Sequence record: PZ000615.1
Reading direction: 5' to 3' (one strand)
Length of the DNA: 51,960 nucleotides
Origin: a phage
Part shown: piece after piece, positions 51,901-51,960 of the stretch
Layout of the letters: the number at the start of each line of letters is the position of its first letter
Position numbering within the stretch: the stretch's first letter is position 1
Notes under the pieces: model-generated
The model's database searches: none
The model's input: only the letters and a program-made list of their open reading frames with translations
Told to the model about the DNA's origin: nothing
Position numbers and translations under genes: made by a program

Positions 51901-51960
51901 GTGCTTATTTTACTACTCGGAGCATTTCTCGACGGTCACAGCGAGTGGTTAGAGCCTTGC

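Noticed and set aside
1-51960. Integrase, repressor/immunity region or attachment site (temperate lifestyle)
   Set aside because: No tyrosine or serine recombinase motifs were recognised in any ORF; gene content (own primase, helicase, recombination and lysis genes, no integration module) is consistent with a virulent T1-like phage.
1-51960. tRNA or other structured RNA genes
   Set aside because: No convincing cloverleaf-like region was noticed in the intergenic segments by eye, but this cannot be excluded without tRNAscan-SE/Infernal.

Overview
This window reads as a near-complete genome of a virulent T1-like (Drexlerviridae-type) siphovirus of enterobacteria; everything below is from reading the sequence and ORF track by eye, with no database searches run. 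Layout: (i) 1-8390, a partial minus-strand HTH regulator gene, then a plus-strand arm with SF2 helicase, VRR-NUC-like nuclease, Dam-type N6-adenine methyltransferase, HTH-metallophosphoesterase, HAD phosphatase, dNMP-kinase-like protein and a pinholin / SAR-endolysin / unimolecular-spanin lysis cassette; (ii) 8403-14650, a leftward operon of mostly small ORFs plus a compact C5-cytosine-methyltransferase-like gene and a 526-aa P-loop-like protein; (iii) 14651-15539, ~0.9 kb of non-coding DNA with CGGAGGATT iterons and an AT-rich core; (iv) 15540-24934, a rightward array of ~25 small genes including a YhhQ-like transporter beside a TGT/DpdA-like gene; (v) 25009-48029, a lambda-like structural module (terminase, portal, head, G/T frameshift, tape measure, M/L/K/I/J homologues, tail fibre); (vi) 48062-51829, a leftward SSB / Erf / exonuclease block, a second iteron region and a primase. 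The most striking signal is a ~19-bp palindromic element (AATAGCAC-N3-TTGCTAAA) present ~21 times, exactly 22 nt upstream of -10-like hexamers. The best candidate for an undescribed system is the YhhQ + DpdA-like pair, which suggests 7-deazaguanine DNA modification by precursor salvage. No integrase, CRISPR array, rRNA or obvious tRNA was seen.
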